This document shows positions 52,990 through 64,000 of a stretch of DNA of 64,000 nucleotides, in pieces (the first letter of the stretch is position 1; each line of letters opens with the position of its first letter). This DNA comes from Pecten maximus (lineage: Eukaryota). Position numbers and translations under genes: made by a program. The stretch spans positions 41,850,001 through 41,914,000 of the forward strand of contig NC_047024.1 in the NCBI RefSeq assembly GCF_902652985.1. Direction: 5' to 3'. Below the pieces are notes generated by a model. That model worked only from the letters and a program-made list of their open reading frames with translations, did not search any database and had not been told where the DNA came from.

Positions 52990-55900
52990 GTTAGCATTTC
53001 AGTAAAATAAAAAACGCTTGTCTATTTGAAACACCAATAATGCAAACAACAAAAACGAGACCAGTTTTCCATTAAGCTTGGATTACCCTAACCTTGTCCC
53101 TCATCTGTATCAGACTTACCTTTACTATTACCCTTGCCCTACACCTTATACCAGAACCATTGGCGAAAACATCGAAACAGTCATGTACACACCAGTAGTC
53201 ATCACCATACGGTGATACATGATTGGTGAATCAGGGCTTTATGTTACATTGATATTTGTGGGTTATATTGGGTTTTTTTCCCCCATTTTACCAACAATAT
53301 TATAAAGTTCCATTTTACCATAATCTGCAAAGGACCAATTTTCGTAGTAATCCAAATATGTAATAAACTGTAATAAACTTCGTCTGAATGCGTATGATAC
53401 CGGGTCAAAGAATACTGACCGTAATTAATAACACATGTCTCATTAATTGATACCATATTTGTAGAAACTTAGAATTTGCTTTAAATGTATAAGTTTATAT
53501 TCACTATGACTTACGATCACATGAATCTGCTTTAGTTTGCCCGGCATATTTCTATGGTACGAAATGCCAGAGTGAATGCGCATGTGACAGAAATCTGTCA
53601 ACTTCCTGTGACCACGTGACCGGAGAGTGTAATTGTATCACTGGCTACGACAGACCAAACTGTAATACTAGTAAGTTACCATTTTTTTATATTTACTTAT
53701 TCATCTTTTAAAATATAAATATCACGAAATATTTTCTATTATTTATCGAAAGTAACAAACGATATGATTGTTTTCTTTATTGTTATGACAAGGAGTATAT
53801 GTAATATTAGAAATAAAAAAAAGATGGAAAATAAGATGAAGAAATAAAAATTAAAGTAAATAAAAACATTGTAACGAACTTTTATATTTCTTTGTAATTA
53901 ATGTGAGTGTTTTCTGTCCTGAACGAGTCTAGCATGTCCGAATGGCTTTTACGGAGACCTGTGTTCAAGTCAATGTGACTGTCCATCTACCGCATACGGA
54001 CTGTGTAATCACATCACGGGTGCCTGCACGTGTAAACCAGGATATGTGGGAGATGCATGTCAAACAGGTGAGACAAAAGTTAATAAAATACCAAAGCTGT
54101 ACGCGGAGTATTAATATGGAGGTTGTTATATTAATGGCGTGTTTTCATCTTTACTTAAGGTGTGTGAGCATCTATTCACTTAAATGTATACATTAACTTT
54201 TACTTTCATCATGTTTCTTTGGTTAAAGTGTGTGCATTTTCAATTTAACGTTCCGAAAAAAAAACATGTTTTATCTCGGGATTTTCGGAGATTATTATTA
54301 TTCTGATCAAGATGATTGACTCATCCAGTTTTCAAGATACTATTCAAATCAAGATCTACTTTTTATAAATACGCGACAGTATATTTCCATCGACATTACA
54401 ATTTCCTTTTTCAGAATGTCCTGATAATTCATATGGGGTAAATTGCTTAGGAGTATGTGACTGCCTGACTACTCATACCTCGTACTGTGACAAAAGAACA
54501 GGTTATTGTGTGTGTACTAGTGGCTGGGAGGGCACAAGGTGTGATACAGGTAGGTTAACAAAACAAATGTTTGATTTGCATATATTTCGGTTTGAGTAAA
54601 TGTGTTAATATGTTCATGTTTAAACATGTTTGTACCTTGCGAATATAACTTAAACATAGACAACAAACAAAGCAAATTATTGTTTTTTGGTTTGTTTGTT
54701 TTTTTTCTGTTTTTTTGTTTGTTTTGTTTTTGTTCTTTGGAAGGCAAACCGTACACAGTGCGTAAATAAATATATTTTTAAAATATTGTTTAAATAGAAA
54801 CTAATAAGATGTTATTTAGCAAAGGAGTTATTTAACCCTGTAGTCTTTTTAAATATCGACCAATGATGAAGCCTTTTCTTCATTTAGCCGTAGCTTACGA
54901 ATGTATAAGCAGAGCTTTGGTATATATCTACATCACATTGCGTGCAATGAAAATACAATGTGAGAAAAAAAGTGGCAACTACTTGCATATATGTTATTAA
55001 AGATTCTTAAAATCATATTAAGCATGATATTTTTGGTAGACAAAAATTTATCAAAAACGACTGTGTAACAAAGACATAATAATGTATCTGTGACAAAACA
55101 CAGCTTCATAATGCCTTGTGTATGTTCTAGTTGTAGCCAGTATCTCGGAGTCCCTGTTAACATCGCCTGTCATTGTTGGAGCAATCGTCGTAGCAGCTAC
55201 ATTATTGCTTGTGTTAATCATTTTGTTTATACTATGGAAAATTTGCAGGTAAGTCTAATTTCATTTACATTATAATACGAATATTATTTGATTCTGGATA
55301 TTTGTACTGTGCATTGATGTTGACTGATCGTCAGTGTACACAATATTTGGTAAATATAGACAGGTTTGAGAGTGCATCGCGAACATTATTAGGTTAATTG
55401 AATTTTCATTAACAACAATCCAAAACTAGAATGACGTATCTATCAATGATCCATGTGCTTTTATGAGTGATATTAACATTCTCACACTCTCCCAATGCCT
55501 AACAGGCGCCATTTTTTTATCTGTTACCCAAATAACATTGATAGTGACAATAAATACAATCTAGCAAGTGTTTAGATGTTCAAGAATGAGTGTTATAGGA
55601 TTATTTCAATCAATGAAAAAAATACCAGGAATAAGTATGTCAAACATAATGAAAACATCTTTTTTCAAACATGTATTCCTAAAATATCATCATTTTGACG
55701 TTTTAAGTATTTTACAATTTGAGGTGTTCTAGCCCATCATAAACTGACATTATGACATCATCACCGAAACCTGCGTGATAAAAAGAAACAACAACTATAA
55801 TCGAACGTTTAATTGACAGATGTTCCTGTACAGAAGTTAGACACCGGGCACATAAGGACAAAGGAGCAGTGCTATTGATGAACTCGCCAATTACTCCCGG

Positions 55901-56610
55901 ATCAAACAATGGTAAGTGTTACTATCTACTCAAACGTGCTAAAGGTTTGGACTCCCCTGAAACTGAAATCCACTTTCCTAAATAAAACTCTTTCGTTTAA
56001 TACTCGTTTTTTACTATCTCTTATTTCAGCTGCAATATCAGCAATGGCTACCACCACGACCCAGCTGAAGCATGACGGGATATATTACTACAACGCAGAC
56101 CTGAAGAAAGCTACCGAAGCTGTGGAAGATAACCCAGATCACTCTCAAAACAGTAAAGACATTGATACATATTACTACGGTGGCATTCAAGGTGCTCCTC
56201 CTCCAGCTAATGCCTCGAACACACCTTCTAAACGTCCTATAAACGAAACATACTATGATGATGGCGATGTTGGTGGAGTTGTTGAACCAGGCATAAATGA
56301 TGCAGAAAAGGGAAAAACCTCTTCAGCAACGAGTTCATATCAGAATGTTTCATCTCCTGCAAAAACTACAAATACACCCGTCCAGAAGGTCAATCGTCCA
56401 GCATTGCCGGCTCTTCCACGGTTTGGATCTGATCTTAATAAACCAACTGAGAGGATTTATAGAAATGAAACTGTCGAAACACCGTTCGGTTCAAAACCAA
56501 CCTATGGTAACACTGGGCGAAAGTTACCGGGGCTTGATGTCAATGATAAGTACGAAAGTTTAGATAGTAACACACGAGACACTTCTAGTGAATACGCCGA
56601 ATTAAAATAA
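47791..56610 (+). CDS. Gene E: complete multi-EGF receptor with N-terminal CCxGY (EMI/Nimrod-type) motif, 13 exons, ~650 aa, 7 EGF modules
   Basis: Exons: 47791-47876 (signal peptide MAYLKYVVLVSLSLGVLG), 48296-48384 (CCAGY), 49300-49458, 49841-49858, 51480-51614, 51852-51986, 52791-52925, 53536-53670, 53933-54067, 54415-54549, 55131-55248 (TM), 55820-55911, 56030-56610. Total 1953 nt, in frame. Confidence 0.9.
52957..52989. repeat. (CAA)11 microsatellite in a gene E intron
   Basis: Direct reading. Confidence 0.95.
56030..56610 (+). CDS. Gene E terminal exon: cytoplasmic tail ending YESL-x10-YAEL
   Basis: ORF 55909-56610; acceptor ttcag ending at 56029; motifs collinear with the gene C tail. 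Confidence 0.9.
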
Positions 56611-59534
56611 TGGAATCTAGATATGTGTATCCCAATCAAAATGCACAGTAATTATAGCTAATTACACACCACTATGTGAATTGGAAAACCAATGTATAGA
56701 ATGTCTTAGTGTTGGTTTACTGAAGTACACTGGGTAACTATCGTCCGCGTTCTTCTTTTCATTTAAAACAATGAGCCAGAACTCGAGAAAGAAGCAAGAC
56801 GGAAAAGAACGTAGGCTCTTCTTCATCAATATAAAACACCTACTTCTATAAGTTGTAGAAAATGCTGCAGTTGACAAGAACATTATTTATTATTAATATC
56901 AACATCTTATAAATTACGAAAAAAAATATGCCAATCGCCTTATATAAAGTGTTTTTTCTTTAATATATCCACGAACAATATTAAGTGTTACCACATCATC
57001 TATTTAAATGTAGAGTTTTATTTATTTTCATATCAAAGAAAACATATTATCTGAATATATTGACAATTTAAATATTTGTTTAATTACTTTAAATGCATTT
57101 TATAAACGGTCATACTTGCAATAATTGGTGACATTGTGGAAATACACTCGAAATACTTCAGGTGAATACGCCGCGTTAACATAAAAGCTGTTGGAACAAA
57201 ATGCTTATGGTCAAAATAATACATACCACTGTTTAATACATTGAAGTAAAAAGATGTTTCTTTAAATATTTATTTATTTGTGGATTTTACGTAATCGAAC
57301 AAAATCAATCGTGCAGTCTTTATATTAATAATTCGTTATATCACAACATGTCAGAAAAAGAAAAACAAATGTTTTAGTCTTGAAACTCGATATTGAATGG
57401 TTATATCGCCAAATAGCTAGAAAAGAACACCTGTACTTTTAAATACACGACAAATTGACAACCGAATTAAATTGTAGAAATTGTTCAAAACGACTAAAAC
57501 ATTCAGTTTGATGTCAGAGTTTGTCATTTGTTAAGCATTCAAAGTTATTCGAGAAAACAGTAAGATTTTCTTTCTTCTCTTAAATATCAAGTGCGCATAT
57601 GTGTTAATGCTGCATTATAAGTGAATAGAACACAAATCATTCAGTTTTAAAATAAATACATTATTCACTTAATTTCTCAACAGTTTTGTATTTTTTTACT
57701 AACGGATCTCAATGTTTAAAGTCCAACGTTCTTATCTGGATATATTCTTCCGTCTTCGTGTTCTCGCGTGGTCATATGACCGGCAAGAAAGACTACACAT
57801 TAACACTCGGTCGGTAAATATTACCAGAGCCTTCCATTAACGTTTTTTATCGTACAGCTAAACGTCATGCACCTGTTCATCGTGCTTAAAACGGGAGAAA
57901 AGTGCTGTACATGGTTCTCATTATTCACGTACATATATCAATCAGCGTATGAAACTGATATATATTGAAGAAGTACCAATGTATTCACTACCCCCTTAAT
58001 GAATGACGAAGCTTGACATTTTCATGAGAATGTACACCTCTATTGGCTTTCACGTACCCGAATGCCATTTTTGTTTCATAAGTATTGCTTCGGGGGGATA
58101 GGGTGCTCTACGATGATTTATAAAGCAAGTGTTCATGTTCATATTTCGGTATTAGAACCATTGAAGTCGGCATATAGAAACGAGCAAACGTTGATTCGTG
58201 AATTCAAAGGCCTGTTAATAAAAAAAAATATGTACATATGTTTCCGGTTGTGCATGTACGTTTGCAGATTCAAACTTCATTTTTTTTTCTTTTTTTTTTT
58301 CCTATTATTGTCATTTAATTAACACAAAACAACATTGCCTGTTTGTAAAGTAAAACGTATTAATTGTTTCAGCTTATAAAGAAAACAATTGTTTCATATA
58401 CATGTCGATCAAAACGTGAAAACTGGGTAGATCTCTAATGACAATGGGTTCGGTTAAATTTTGATTTTACGACCCGATGTTTTTTTTTTTTTTTTTTCTA
58501 GGTTCAAAAAATTTTATTCAAAAAAAGACAACATTTTACAAAAAAATTGTCCACACGCAGGAGGAGACTCATTCGCCATACACTATCAAAACACACTTAC
58601 ACATCATTATATTTGTTATTATTTTCTTCAATACTAATTATATTTTACCAGTAATATAAATAAAAATATTTCCGGATATCTGTTTTCTCTACTAGATTGT
58701 AGTATCATTCCGAGTCAAAAAAGTGTTTGAAGGATTCTAATCTGCGTTAGTAGGAGGTTTGCAGTTTGACCTATAACGGTGAATTTACAATGTAGTGAAT
58801 GTATTGAATGAAGCTGTTGAAAAGGAAAGAAAAACGACCAACAGATAGGATAACAGACCACACTCACAGAATCGACTTTCGTAGAGGTATTCTCTACATT
58901 CCTATAAACACACACTTGCACGTTTGGGGCATATGATCTTACCACAGGGACCCGTCTCTCCTTAGCGGCATGCCTAGCCTAAATAGCTACTAGTAGACAT
59001 ACCACTAAGACCAGACAAGCCCGTGTCATCTAATCGTATGTCCATGACAATATAGGCCTTCATATACGTTAGTATATTTATTCAAACTTCATTCATACCG
59101 TACCTAGTATTAAGTTTTTGTTGATGTTGTTGCATCAAATCTGATTACTTAAAACACTAATCGAAGCTTTCGGGTTAGGCAGTGGAGACACAACGCTGAA
59201 CCGGTAAATGATAAGAGGTGTTCGGAATGAAAAAAAAGTGTAACATTGCGTAATTCAATTTCATTTGTATTACTCGTTTTCATTGGTTTGATAATCAAGG
59301 TTACTCCGCATATACCAAAATAATGTACGTCCATTTTTATGATGTAATACACATATAACTACTTTTTGCGTTGTCTGCTTTACAGTCAATCATGGTAGTC
59401 AACGTCTATGAAGAATGCCCATTCGTTTTTTGTCAATGACTTCATGAACCCCCAAAAAAATAAGAATAATGCTGAAATACTACCACAAAAATTGATTCGA
59501 TTTCAAAGAAATCTCAATTGCATATTTCACCTAT

Positions 59535-59596
59535 ACAGACCAGGATTTGAACTTGGATCCCTCGGACACGAAGTCTGATAACTCTACATTAAGCTG
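59535..59596 (-). mobile_element. tRNA-derived SINE head or degenerate tRNA
   Basis: Minus strand agcttaatgtagagtatcagacttcgtgtccgagggatccaagttcaaatcctgg shows A-box-like and B-box-like motifs at tRNA spacing; no full cloverleaf. Confidence 0.45.
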
Positions 59597-60834
59597 CTTG
59601 TGTATCAAGTTCAAATGTATACACAATCGAAAGTTTTTTTTTATGTTAGTTATACATGAAGTTATTCAAACGTCAATGTTATCGTGATTGTCGGTCGCCA
59701 AAGAACATATTTGGTTGGAAATTAAAGCAAAATATTGATGGAGATAAAATTGCGCCCAACATAGAACTAACAAAAAACCATCATTGACAATGACGAAATT
59801 ATTGCGATTGGTTCGTACCTTCACCAGAGTTTAATTCCAGTTATCCTTAGACGCAGCGTGTGGTATCACTTATCAATACACTTCGTCTCATGTGGGTTAG
59901 AATTTTACTCATAACTAAATCCAGGATTGTTTAATTACTATACCGATGTTGATAACGTTCAGATAAAAAAAAAATCGTTGCCCTGTGCAGTCGTTAATTT
60001 TTTGTCTGCAAAAATCTCCTTCTCGAGCAAAACAACTTTTCAACCACTGTGATTATGATGCTATGAGATTTCTAGAATTGAATACATCTGTTTAATCCTT
60101 CCAGTTATCAAGATCTATGCCAGACATTTCCTCAAAACCCCTTTAGTTCGATGACGTACACCACCCACTGCTCACCAGTATTTCAAAAGTCAGTGAAGTT
60201 GCAGATGAACTCCGTCATATAATAATGCACTATTCTGGACACCTTAATGAAAGTGTTCAGCAAATAAAAAACGTGTCATCAGAAACATTTTGGCCCTGGT
60301 AACGAATCCAAACTGTAGAAATGATATATATCTATCCCAGTAGACCTAATTAAAATGGAGCATTTGTGTGCGCGGTCGAAAGCAACTTGCCTCTGTCAGC
60401 ATCGTTCCGCACATTGCCAATGGCATACGTGTCCTCAAATAGAAATATGTTGTCGTCTATAATGTTTCCATATTCTCCATTCAACAGCTGTGTGTTTCAT
60501 TTCCTTCAAATTAAACATAACAAACATAGATTATTTCAACAGAGTACCCCAGCTAAGCAATGTCCAATTCCAATGACCTGTTGCTATAGCTACCAACGTG
60601 ACCCGCGCGAACTGGATCAAACCGGCTCGTCACGACCTGTTTCGCGAGATATTCAAAAGCGGCACATTTTTTTCAAATAAATAAATAAATGGAGAATGTC
60701 TTATAAGAATCTAGTTCAGTTATTTAACTTAGATTACAAGCATTATTCTCAATTGAGCGTCTAAGAAAAAGAATGCCGATCAGTGGCGGGCGTAACATTT
60801 ACCCAGAGGCGTGTGAACAAAACACGTATCAACT

Positions 60835-61122
60835 TTTCTACCACAATACCCTGTGTTATTCAACTCTCAGACCATCAGTTAATCATTACAGCTGTTGATT
60901 AACAATCTGTTTATACCACACGTGGTATAAACTTTGTACGCATTTCGATTGGCTAACACGGTGAACTTTGACCCAAGCTGCAATTGTTATTTTGCAATTG
61001 TATTTTTTAAAATTTGCAAAAAACACTCGCTAAAGCTCGTGTCTTTTGTAACTTTTAAAAAATAACTTACTCGTGTGAAATAAATTCCATATCCAACAAC
61101 CACTCGTTGTGTAACCTCTATT
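60835..61122 (-). mobile_element. Probable interspersed repeat of similar design to 30735-31130, reverse orientation
   Basis: Reverse complement begins taaatagagg and contains atttatttcacacgag; central aacactcgctaaagctcgtgt palindrome-like core. Confidence 0.4.
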
Positions 61123-62407
61123 TAAACGCATGAATAATCTGAAAACTTAGGTTCCGAATGATTTCCAATATATTTGATAAAAAGCAATGTTGACATTAAA
61201 TGCAGAAATCGGTTAATTAAATGTAATATAACCCCATATCCAGCCAATAGCCCGAGGGATTCTTACATCTGGGTAAATCAGTTTGTGGTCATCTACCGGA
61301 GTGAGCTCACTATGATACTTTATGTTACGTAAATGTGGAAAAAGATGGATTACATGTTATTTGTTTCCTGGTTTACACACAACTGTCAAATACCAATAAT
61401 TATCCAAAAGAAGAAAACAGTCCATTGTTCAAAGCACACGTCTATAAAATACAATTCAGCCGTTTGGCTCATGAACATAAAATGTATAATACATTATGTG
61501 ATTTCAACATTGTAACTTATGTGTTTGCTACATGTAATACGTCGCCATAATTTACAAATCTACGCCAAGTTATATTGACTCAGCGTTTTATACAGAACAA
61601 TTAATCTGGTTACAAATATGTTTTATAAGACGTAGATTTGCATATAAATATACGATTATATGGTAAATATTTACATTATAAAATAGGCCCTGATATTATA
61701 TAATTTCATAATGATGTTATCAATTAAGTATATAACAGCCATCAAGTCATATTGATTGAAATTCAATGATCATACCATACAAATTAGTTGGTAATATTCG
61801 CGGCCATGCGATACACCGCGATAATAAATACATAACGAATATTAATAAGCTTACGCAAAATTTGATACTCGCGAACAAGGTCCGACTGAGACAACTGCAT
61901 ACAATAAGTCTCATCAGTAGTTTATCGTTAGTTTTGTTTTATTATTGGGATGACATTAAAAAGCTGTATCAACATTATAGTAAAATCGGCATATCTTAAA
62001 ATGCCGTAGTACTATGTGTTAGACAATAATAAAAAGTTTTTATCAATCTGGCATGCAGCATTTATTTGAAAGTTCTTGCATTTCTCTTTGTATGATTTCA
62101 ATGTCTTTGTACAACATTACATAATGCCACAGTGATGCCAAACAAATAATGGTAGGATAATGATGTCAAATTTAAAGACGAAATAGTGTTATATACCTGA
62201 TCCACTACAATATATTTACATTTGCTCCGCATTTTCCCATTGACACAATGCTAAGAGGCAGTTGCCACCATACGCCTATAATACCCAATGCCTCAGGCTA
62301 TAACACCCAGTGGGTCATGTGACTTTTAAAAAGGCGGTATTTTTTGAGTTGGTTTAGTGCTTTTCAAAGATGACGAAAATGGTAAGACAATGTAAATAGA
62401 AGTATTG

Positions 62408-62555
62408 AACAGTGGGTTTAATGTTGTTGTAGTCGATATTGCAGCAATATGTATGGTGTGCAAATGTAGCATGGAACCCTAACGAGTTCCCATGCCATTT
62501 GCCCACCATACATCTTGCTGCCATATCGACTATAACAACATTGAAATCACAGTTT
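62408..62555. repeat. Long imperfect hairpin (~70-bp arms), probably the core of a palindromic non-autonomous element
   Basis: aatgttgttgtagtcgatattgcagcaatatgtatggtg...caccatacatcttgctgccatatcgactataacaacatt. Confidence 0.85.
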
Positions 62556-62964
62556 ATTGTTTAAATGGCTGCATTACGTGTAGTCCTTTTAGCTACTTTG
62601 TAGCTAATACCTTGTACTTCTAGTCTTCCATATACATTGGTGATGGTAAGGTGCAATTACTATCATCACATAATATCACAGCTATGTACACCACGAGGAT
62701 TTGATTAATTACAAAAAATATTTGTTTTCATTTCTTCGTCATTCATTCACATGATACCACGTATGTAGTGGACACTGATATATCAGCATTAAGGAAACAT
62801 CTCAGTGACAACATCCGGGCAACTGTACGACTACAGGAAGCATATTTCTTCTGAAAGACATGGACCGGACACGATCTACATCCGGTATGCCACTTGTTAA
62901 TCAAAATATTCATAAAGTAGGTGTGTGGCCTATTGGCAGGACATATTGCTAATAATATAACAAG

Positions 62965-63908
62965 ATGTCTTACTTTCAATATGTTGTGCTGGTGTGTTTA
63001 GTCCTTTGTGTGAGGGGGAAGGAGGAGAAACTTCTGTGTACGAAAAGGACCAGGTATGTTGAGAAATAGGCAACCTGGGCGAGGAACAAGTTTAAATTGT
63101 TCTTTAAAGAGATTGATGGAAATAAAGCATTCCATATTTTAAAGAAAAGTGAAATGTATATTTTTTTTATTATTATTAATTAATTTAGAAAATTTGGTTT
63201 GCTTTGTTTTCATGTTTTCGTTATTTCAGTATTACTTGATTGTGGTTGTTATAAGGAAACCATACATTTAACATATATCAATAACAATTATCTGAACAGC
63301 AAACGTTTCGTAGATATTTTGATTGGCAAGATGCCTAAATATTGATGAGTCAAAGCATATTGAATTATCCAAAATCATTTTCACGGAAAAAGCAGGTAAA
63401 AAAATAATCTAAGTGAAGTTAATCAAACGAACGATTGTTGTAGGTCTGATTTGATATGTACTATATTAAGTTCATATAATTTTCAATATCCAATTTATTT
63501 GAATAAAAACTCCTATTTGTTACAAGAAAAGTTTCAGAAATCCCTTTGATATACAGAAAAAAATTCAAAACATTCACGAATATCGGTCAATAATTACACA
63601 ATTTTTTTACTCTGTATATGAAGACACATCTAATATCATTTTCATTATTTTCTATATTTCATAATAAATAAAGTAATATGTTTCAAAAACCTATAGCGTC
63701 AACCGCTTTTGACGTAAAATTTATCAATAATGAAATCATTGACAATATTTAAATCTTTGCTGTAAAGGATATCTACTACCTGAGACGAGTCTTTATATTA
63801 CACGCATGTATTCCTACAGATTTTCAAATGGATTGGAAATACGTTACAGGGAAGTGCGGGGTTGCTGTGCTGGGTACACAGAGGTGACAGGCGAGCAGTT
63901 ATGTATCA
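62965..63908 (+). CDS. Gene F: first two coding exons of a close paralog of gene E; continues beyond the window
   Basis: 62965-63053 (MSYFQYVVLVCLVLCVRGKEEKLLCTKRT) and 63820-63908 (FSNGLEIRYREVRGCCAGYTEVTGEQLCI). Same phases as gene E exons 1-2, with a homologous upstream region. Confidence 0.85.
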
Positions 63909-64000
63909 GTAAGTTACGCTCTTCTACAGAAATATATATATCTATATATATATATACCAAATAAGTAAAAGGTTTTTAAAAGATATCTTTGTCATCTTGA

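Noticed and set aside
21630-56610. Assigning gene symbols MEGF10, MEGF11 or drpr
   Set aside because: Architecture is similar but the tails lack NPxY and orthology cannot be established without a phylogeny.
57200-62400. Short 60-104 aa ORFs between genes E and F, and similar intronic or antisense ORFs elsewhere
   Set aside because: No recognisable domains or splice-consistent structure; expected by chance in AT-rich DNA.

Overview
AT-rich eukaryotic (invertebrate, probably bivalve mollusc; inferred from repeat types) genomic DNA with one 500-N gap (8161-8660). It holds a tandem cluster of six paralogous intron-containing genes for type-I membrane receptors built from 8-Cys EGF/laminin-EGF-like modules (MEGF10/CED-1/Draper/Nimrod-like). 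Genes A, B and C lie on the minus strand and D, E and F on the plus strand, with C and D head-to-head. By manual GT-AG splicing, C (~899 aa, 13 modules), D (~750 aa, 4 modules) and E (~650 aa, 7 modules) are complete from signal peptide through TM to a Tyr-rich tail. A and F are cut by the gap or window edges, and B is a probable pseudogene. Main observations: (1) a Lys-Arg processing site is built across the exon 3/4 junction in A, C, D and E; (2) the tails differ as ITAM-like versus ITIM-like behind a shared CRCSCxEV motif; (3) symmetric 135-nt phase-1 exons vary in number, including a chimeric exon; (4) splice junctions have been tandemly amplified; (5) a 3.4-kb tandem duplication of the C/D bidirectional promoter has a boundary matching the edge of the assembly gap. 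All gene models are manual and unsupported by transcript data; novelty is unverified.
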